Of a stretch of DNA of 64,000 nt, positions 58,425-64,000 are shown in pieces. The stretch is from assembly GCA_045532055.1 (NCBI GenBank), contig JAZSFF010000026.1, forward strand, positions 24,291-88,290. The letters run 5' to 3'. The DNA comes from Clostridia bacterium. Lineage in GTDB: Bacteria > Bacillota > Clostridia > Monoglobales > Monoglobaceae. Position 1 is the stretch's first letter. Each line of letters opens with the position of its first letter. The translations under genes were made by a program, and so were the position numbers. Below the pieces are notes generated by a model. That model searched no databases. It was not told the origin of the DNA and saw nothing but the letters and a program-made list of their open reading frames with translations.

Positions 58425-59282
58425 TTAAGAATTTATAAGATTTTTAACAGCATCTATTGCGTCACTGAGCCACAATTTGCCGTCAACTGCTTCCACCTTG
58501 CCGTCGTCACATCTTGCAGCGATATCTGCTCTCATTGGAATTCTGCCCAATGCCTTTAAGTCAAAGTTCTTTGCAATCTCGTCTATCTTGCTTTCACCAA
58601 AGATACTGATTTTCTCAGAACAGTTGGGGCATTCAACATAGCTCATATTTTCAACAATGCCCAAAATAGGAATATTCATAAGCTTTGCCATATTAACTGC
58701 TTTCTCCACAATCATTGAAACCAGTTCCTGAGGAGATGTAACCACAATTATTCCGTCAACAGGAAGCGACTGGAATACTGTCAGGGGAACATCACCAGTA
58801 CCAGGAGGCATATCAACAAACATACAGTCAACATCCTCCCACAAAACATCGGTCCAGAATTGTTTTACTGTGCCTGCAATAACAGGTCCACGCCATACTA
58901 CAGGGTCCGTATCATTTTCAAGAAGCAAATTGACAGACATAATCTTTGTTCCGCCACGGCTTGCAATGGGAAGGATGCCATATTCTGTTCCCTCCGCCTT
59001 TTTGCTTATACCAAAAAGTTTGGGAATTGAGGGTCCTGTAATGTCTGCATCTAAAATGGCACTGCTGAAGCCTTCCCTCTGAATCCCTGATGCCATAAGT
59101 GATGTAACCAAGGATTTACCTACTCCGCCCTTACCACTTACTATACCAATAACTTTCTTTACATTACTCATTGAGTTGCAGGGTGCCAGAAAACTCTGTT
59201 CTGCAGTTCTGGAGCTACAGTTTTCGCCGCAACTTGAACAATCGTGTGTACAATTCTCGCTCATTTTATCATGTCCTTTCAT
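58425..59282 (-). CDS. mrp: Mrp/NBP35-family Fe-S cluster carrier ATPase with an N-terminal Cys-rich extension
   Basis: Deviant Walker A SGKGGVGKS, a CPNC bridging motif and N-terminal CTHDCSSCGENC. The start may instead be the ATG at 59264. Confidence 0.85.
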   Translation of the reverse strand: MKGHDKMSENCTHDCSSCGENCSSRTAEQSFLAPCNSMSNVKKVIGIVSGKGGVGKSLVTSLMASGIQREGFSSAILDADITGPSIPKLFGISKKAEGTEYGILPIASRGGTKIMSVNLLLENDTDPVVWRGPVIAGTVKQFWTDVLWEDVDCMFVDMPPGTGDVPLTVFQSLPVDGIIVVTSPQELVSMIVEKAVNMAKLMNIPILGIVENMSYVECPNCSEKISIFGESKIDEIAKNFDLKALGRIPMRADIAARCDDGKVEAVDGKLWLSDAIDAVKNLINS

Positions 59283-59291
59283 TTATTAAAG

Positions 59292-60737
59292 TTAAAACAT
59301 TCTAAGTGCTGCCTCAAGCTGACCGTCAACCTCAACCTTGACATTTTTAAGTGTATCATACAAGTTCATTTGTGTGGTTATATCAAGAACACCGTATGGA
59401 AACAGACCTTTTGCCTCCTGATACAACTTTACGGCAATCTTGAGATTCTGGTCATAAATTTCATTGACTTCACCTACAAAGAGGCCCAAGGTCTGGAGCA
59501 TTTTCTTTGCGTTTTCAATGGCTTCGCCCTTGTCACCAACTTTATATACCTTGTCCAGCTTAAAGAAATCATACTCTGACATATCAACAGCCTTTTCTGA
59601 ATTCTTAACATTTACATCCGGTGTAATCCCCAGCTTGTGTATGTTATTGCCCGATGGTGTAAGGTAATACGCTGTGGTATACTTGAGCATTGCGTTAAAG
59701 GGAGCCTGTGACAATGTCTGAACTGTACCTTTGCCATAGGACTTTTCGCCAACAACCCTTGCTGCCTCGTTCTCTTTTAATGCAGCAGTAAGAACCTCAG
59801 ATGCACTTGCGCTCATGCCGTTTATTATAATAACGATATTATACTTCTTTGCCTCGCCTGTTGCCTTGTACACCTTGTCAAGCAAATCAATCTTGTGGTC
59901 CTCGGTTGTGATAAGCTGCCCCTCACCCAGGAACAAATCTGCAATTTGAACCGCCTGGTCAAGATATCCTCCGCTGTTGTCCCTGAGGTCAATAATAATA
60001 TTTCCAATTTTCTTATCATCTATTTCTTTTAAAGCACCGTCAAAGTGCTCTGCCGAATTCTCAGTAAATGAATAAAGGGTTATCTTTGCTATCTGTTTTC
60101 CTTCGCTCTCTAGAATCTCCATATCCAAGGGCTTTGAAACTACTTTTTCACGCACAATATTAAAGTTTATAGGTTCAGCAAACCCTGAACGCACAACCGT
60201 AACCTTTACAGTTGTACCCTCTTTACCGCGTATATACTCAATGGCTCTGTCAAACTCCATATTCTTAAGGTCTATTCCATCTGCCGCAACAATAATATCC
60301 CCTGACTTTATTCCTGCCTTTTCAGCAGGCGAATCGGGAATCGGTGCAGAAACCACAATGTTTCCCTCAATAGATAATACATTCACCCCTATCCCTGTAA
60401 CTTCGTCGCCCAAACCTTCAAGCAAATCTTTTGCTTCTGCCTCGTTGTAATAAGCCGAGTTTTCATCTATTGATTCAAGGATTGCCCTCATTGCCTTTTC
60501 ATAAACATCCTGGTCATCACCCACGATGGCCTCCAGGGCAGTAATATAAAGCTTTTCCAGACTTATCTCATCATATCTTGCAAAAACAGAAATACTCTCT
60601 ATGATATTATTAATCATCTCTCCACGGCTTGCTTGATTCTTATCTCCTGTTTCTCCGTTTGCAAAAACTGTTACACAGGAAAAAACAAAAGTAACAATCA
60701 ACACCAAAGCCGTTAATCTTTTGACTGCTTTTTTCAC
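59292..60737 (-). CDS. S41-family carboxy-terminal processing peptidase with PDZ and C-terminal peptidoglycan-binding-like domain
   Basis: 481 aa with a signal peptide, a PDZ domain (SPAEKAGIKSGDIIV), the catalytic-region GMSASASE and a C-terminal PG_binding_1-like repeat. Confidence 0.85.
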   Translation of the reverse strand: MKKAVKRLTALVLIVTFVFSCVTVFANGETGDKNQASRGEMINNIIESISVFARYDEISLEKLYITALEAIVGDDQDVYEKAMRAILESIDENSAYYNEAEAKDLLEGLGDEVTGIGVNVLSIEGNIVVSAPIPDSPAEKAGIKSGDIIVAADGIDLKNMEFDRAIEYIRGKEGTTVKVTVVRSGFAEPINFNIVREKVVSKPLDMEILESEGKQIAKITLYSFTENSAEHFDGALKEIDDKKIGNIIIDLRDNSGGYLDQAVQIADLFLGEGQLITTEDHKIDLLDKVYKATGEAKKYNIVIIINGMSASASEVLTAALKENEAARVVGEKSYGKGTVQTLSQAPFNAMLKYTTAYYLTPSGNNIHKLGITPDVNVKNSEKAVDMSEYDFFKLDKVYKVGDKGEAIENAKKMLQTLGLFVGEVNEIYDQNLKIAVKLYQEAKGLFPYGVLDITTQMNLYDTLKNVKVEVDGQLEAALRMF

Positions 60738-60749
60738 AAAATCACTCCT

Positions 60750-61130
60750 TTAATCAAATTTTTTAAAGGTCATATACATTACCTTTCGTCCATAACCGTT
60801 TTTGGCTACCATAACAACAACCTCACTGTCCAAAAGGTAGCCGTTTATCACTTCAAATGTAAGATTGTTGCCCTTTTCTCCAAAAATCATGGCAGGCTCT
60901 ATAGGTATTGCCCTGTATTCAATTTCTCTTGCTGAAGTCAAGGGAGCCGACATCTTCAGTGGTCTTACATTAACAAGAACCACCTCTGTCCGTTCGGGGT
61001 CACAAATGTAAATATTGGCTTTATAAAAATCCACATCTGTGATTACCAGATTTTTATCAAAAGCAGCTACATTCACACACGGAATCATAAGACATATTGC
61101 CAGCACAAGACTCACAATCTTTTTTATCAT
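60750..61130 (-). CDS. small secreted hypothetical protein
   Basis: 126 aa with an N-terminal signal-like helix. No family recognised. Confidence 0.5.
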   Translation of the reverse strand: MIKKIVSLVLAICLMIPCVNVAAFDKNLVITDVDFYKANIYICDPERTEVVLVNVRPLKMSAPLTSAREIEYRAIPIEPAMIFGEKGNNLTFEVINGYLLDSEVVVMVAKNGYGRKVMYMTFKKFD

Positions 61131-61144
61131 AAAACTTCAATCCT

Positions 61145-62845
61145 CTACATTTTTTCTGGTGCTTCAATTTTAAGCATCTTGAGCACACCTGCAATAACAA
61201 TCCTTACGCTGTCAACAATCTTGAGTCTGGCATTAAGCACTGCCTCGTCCTCAACCTTTACACGACACGCATTGTAGAATGTGTGGAATGCCGACGCAAG
61301 GTCCATGACATAGCGTGTAATCTTTGCAGGTTCACGGCTTTCTGCCGCCATTCTTATTTCTTCGGGGAGGTCACAAAGTTTCTTAAGCAGTGCAAGTTCC
61401 TCCTTCTCGGTCAATACCTCAGTAGAAATCTCACTGAATGGTTTTACCTCTATGCCCTCTTCTTTAAGAACTCTGATTATGCTGCAAATCCTTGCATGTG
61501 CATACTGAACGTAGTAAACAGGGTTCTCGCTCTCCTGTTTTACAGCCAGATCAAGGTCAAAATCAAGATGGCTGCCTGCCATTCTCATATTAAACAAGAA
61601 CCTTGCTGCATCGACGGATACATCATCAAGCAAATCTGTGAGTGTTATTGCCTTGCCTGTACGTTTTGACATTCTTACCGCTTCGCCATCACGTGTCAGG
61701 CGAACGAGCTGCATGATTGAAACTTCAAATTTGTCTGGGTCAATACCCACCGCAGCAAGAGCCGCTTTCATTCTGGCAATATGGCCATGATGGTCAGCAC
61801 CCCAGACATCAATACACAGATCATAACCACGTGTTTCAATCTTGTTTATGTGGTATGCAATATCTGCTGCAAAGTATGTGGGAATGCCATTGTTGCGGAC
61901 AAGAACCTCGTTCTTTTCAAGACCCATCTTCTCACAGTTAATCCATACTGCACCATCTTCCTCATAGGTATATCCAGCCTCAGTCAGACGGTCAATAGCA
62001 TCCTGAACCTTTCCACTTTTGTGAAGTTCACTTTCTCTGAACCATACATCATAGAAAATACGGTATTTCTCCAAATCACTCTTCAAAGACGCCACGTTCT
62101 TTTCGAGGGCATATGCCACCAGAGCAGCCTTTCTTTCCTCTGATGTGGTTTCTAAAAACTTGTCCCCCTCTATTTCGATAAACGCCTTTGCGTGCTCTGT
62201 AATATCATCGCCGTGATAACCATCTTCGGGGAACTCAACAGCATCCTCACCTTTGAGCTGCTGAATATAACGTGCCTCCAGTGACTTGCCAAACTTCTCA
62301 ATCTGGTTGCCTGCATCATTTACATAGAATTCACGTGTAACATCATATCCTGCATATTCAAGAACACTTGCCATGCAGTCACCCAAGGCACCGCCACGGG
62401 CATTGCCCATATGCATAGGGCCTGTGGGATTGGCACTTACAAATTCAACCATAACCTTTTTGCCCTTGCCAACCTGAATTTTGCCGTAGTCACTGCCTTT
62501 TTCCTCAATCTCACGGATTACATCATAAAGTCTTTGGTTTGACAAATAAAAGTTGATAAATCCTGCCCCTGCAACCTCAACTCTCTCAATTTCCCCGCCG
62601 ATTTCAATATTTGCGGCTATTGCTTCAGCAATCTTTCTGGGGGGCATACGCAATTCCTTTGCAAGCAGCATAGCAATGTTGCAGGCAAAGTCACCATGTT
62701 GCTCATCCTTTGGCACTTCAAGCTGAATTTTGTCCGCAACGTTTGTACCTTCAGAAATCACAAATACTCCTGCCTCTACTGCTTTTCCAAACGCTGTTTC
62801 CACAGCCTGTCCGATTTTTTTCTTTGAATTTTCTATAATACTCAT
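61145..62845 (-). CDS. argS: arginyl-tRNA synthetase
   Basis: SANPTGPMHMGNARG (HIGH-type) and the C-terminal DALR anticodon-binding region. I prefer the ATG (MSIIENSKKK) at 62845. Confidence 0.93.
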   Translation of the reverse strand: MSIIENSKKKIGQAVETAFGKAVEAGVFVISEGTNVADKIQLEVPKDEQHGDFACNIAMLLAKELRMPPRKIAEAIAANIEIGGEIERVEVAGAGFINFYLSNQRLYDVIREIEEKGSDYGKIQVGKGKKVMVEFVSANPTGPMHMGNARGGALGDCMASVLEYAGYDVTREFYVNDAGNQIEKFGKSLEARYIQQLKGEDAVEFPEDGYHGDDITEHAKAFIEIEGDKFLETTSEERKAALVAYALEKNVASLKSDLEKYRIFYDVWFRESELHKSGKVQDAIDRLTEAGYTYEEDGAVWINCEKMGLEKNEVLVRNNGIPTYFAADIAYHINKIETRGYDLCIDVWGADHHGHIARMKAALAAVGIDPDKFEVSIMQLVRLTRDGEAVRMSKRTGKAITLTDLLDDVSVDAARFLFNMRMAGSHLDFDLDLAVKQESENPVYYVQYAHARICSIIRVLKEEGIEVKPFSEISTEVLTEKEELALLKKLCDLPEEIRMAAESREPAKITRYVMDLASAFHTFYNACRVKVEDEAVLNARLKIVDSVRIVIAGVLKMLKIEAPEKM

Positions 62846-62895
62846 ATATATCTCCATTCCATAACCGCTTTGCGGCACAAATTTTTCCTCTGTTT

Positions 62896-63327
62896 TTAAG
62901 AAACTGTTGTGGTAACAGTCAATTTTAATCGGTTTGTTATATAATCCTGATTGTCTATGTCAAGGATATATTCTATATCAAGGTTTCCGCCCTCTGTGTT
63001 GAGATTGTTTTCCACCGAGATGGGATTAACTCCCACGGGAATAACACCATAAGGGGTTGAATAATTGCACAGACATTTTTCACCAAGCTTAAAAACCATT
63101 CTGCTGTTGAACTTTCCCTTTCTGGTCATTGACACCATGTCGTCCGAAACCTTTATTGTCGTAGTTGTATCCTCAAACCCAGTCAGTTCGCTTTCTTCAT
63201 AAATAATATAAAACTTATCGTCTTTTCTTGCGAACCTGCCCTTGGTCTGAAGCTCTATTTCATTTAATTCATCATTGCCCTCAATATTCTGCAGGGTCTT
63301 AAGATAAATCATTGCATTGTTTTCCAT
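62896..63327 (-). CDS. DUF1934-family (YwiB-like) beta-barrel protein
   Basis: 143 aa in the conserved position directly upstream of argS in Firmicutes. Confidence 0.7.
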   Translation of the reverse strand: MENNAMIYLKTLQNIEGNDELNEIELQTKGRFARKDDKFYIIYEESELTGFEDTTTTIKVSDDMVSMTRKGKFNSRMVFKLGEKCLCNYSTPYGVIPVGVNPISVENNLNTEGGNLDIEYILDIDNQDYITNRLKLTVTTTVS

Positions 63328-63347
63328 CTATGTCACCCAAATCTTTT

Positions 63348-64000
63348 TTAGTACTTTTCTATGTCCACTTTTTCTACATCTTCGTTTATTTGTCTGCTCA
63401 AAAACATACTGCCCAATGTTGCAAAATCATCCGTTGCATCACTTACGAAATATTTATACTCCGCACTTTTCTTTGTGACCCCATTCAGCATATCCTTGGC
63501 TTTCAACTGCTCATATGCCCAGTCTGCCGCCGCTGCACCTGAATCAATGAGGGTGACACCCTCACCCATAACCTCGCCTATAACATCTTTAATCAAAGGA
63601 TAGTGGGTACAACCTAAAATCAAGGTATCAATACTCTGTTCTTTTATCTCTTTCAAATAATCCTCAGCGATTATTTTTGTAACCTGACTTTCGGCATAAC
63701 CATTTTCAACAAGGGGCACAAACATAGGACACGCCTTTTGAAAAACCTCTGCGTCAGGACAAATTTCCTTTATATATTCAGAATACTTGCCGCTTTTTAC
63801 TGTTCCTGATGTTCCAAGAACGCCTATTCGTTTGTTCTTTGTCGCCTCAACAGCCATCTTTGCCGCAGGTTTTACAACCCCTATTATATCCGACTCAAAC
63901 TCATCGTCAACAACAGGTAACGCCGCACTGCTGGCAGTACCGCAGGCAATTATTATCATTTTGATATCAAACTGCTCCAGAAATCTTATATCCTGCCTTA
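63348..64000 (-). CDS. murI: glutamate racemase, C-terminal part (N-terminus beyond the window end)
   Basis: IIACGTAS and LGCTHYP catalytic-Cys motifs. The reading frame stays open to position 64000. Confidence 0.88.
   Translation of the reverse strand, partial: RQDIRFLEQFDIKMIIIACGTASSAALPVVDDEFESDIIGVVKPAAKMAVEATKNKRIGVLGTSGTVKSGKYSEYIKEICPDAEVFQKACPMFVPLVENGYAESQVTKIIAEDYLKEIKEQSIDTLILGCTHYPLIKDVIGEVMGEGVTLIDSGAAAADWAYEQLKAKDMLNGVTKKSAEYKYFVSDATDDFATLGSMFLSRQINEDVEKVDIEKY

Overview
This is a moderately AT-rich chromosomal core region from a Firmicutes/Clostridia-type anaerobe; gene content and order look Oscillospiraceae/Ruminococcaceae-like, but that placement is inference. About 90% of the genes are on the minus strand and are tightly packed housekeeping genes. 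From the left, the window holds the 5' part of an electron-bifurcating HydABC-type [FeFe]-hydrogenase operon (NuoE-like, GHKL ATPase, 2Fe-2S ferredoxin, NuoF-like), which runs off the window start. Upstream of it sits a five-gene putative sensory module: DRTGG, GHKL kinase-like, hydrogenase-like Fe-S protein, DRTGG, PHP. The rest of the minus strand carries: dinB, an orphan solute-binding protein, pgeF, ymdB and rny; a yabO/mazG/flippase block; a stand-alone EF-G paralog; ileS; wecB-tagO; a tilS-hpt-gltX-aminotransferase-trpS string; dnaB-rplI-gdpP-yybS; pgk-tpiA-gpmI; rho; cvpA; truA-ecfT-ecfA2-ecfA1; an Mrp-type Fe-S carrier; a Ctp peptidase; argS; and a partial murI. Plus-strand islands are a ClpE-type AAA+ chaperone, a five-tRNA operon (Gly-Arg-His-Gln-Lys) and a TM1266-regulator/hydE/hydG/Dabb hydrogenase-maturation operon behind an attenuator-like leader. 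No CRISPR array, transposase, integrase, prophage or recognisable defence genes were found. The only accessory-looking stretch is about 18.3-21.2 kb. It holds a divergent pair of unknown proteins (one with 23 cysteines in 300 aa), a promoter driving a long 5' hairpin or 39-codon sORF plus a 75-aa ORF, and a 148-bp MITE-like element with about 50-bp imperfect terminal inverted repeats. The best candidates for something undescribed are the hydrogenase-linked sensory module, the hydE/hydG leader and this islet. All of them are hypotheses drawn from sequence reading alone.
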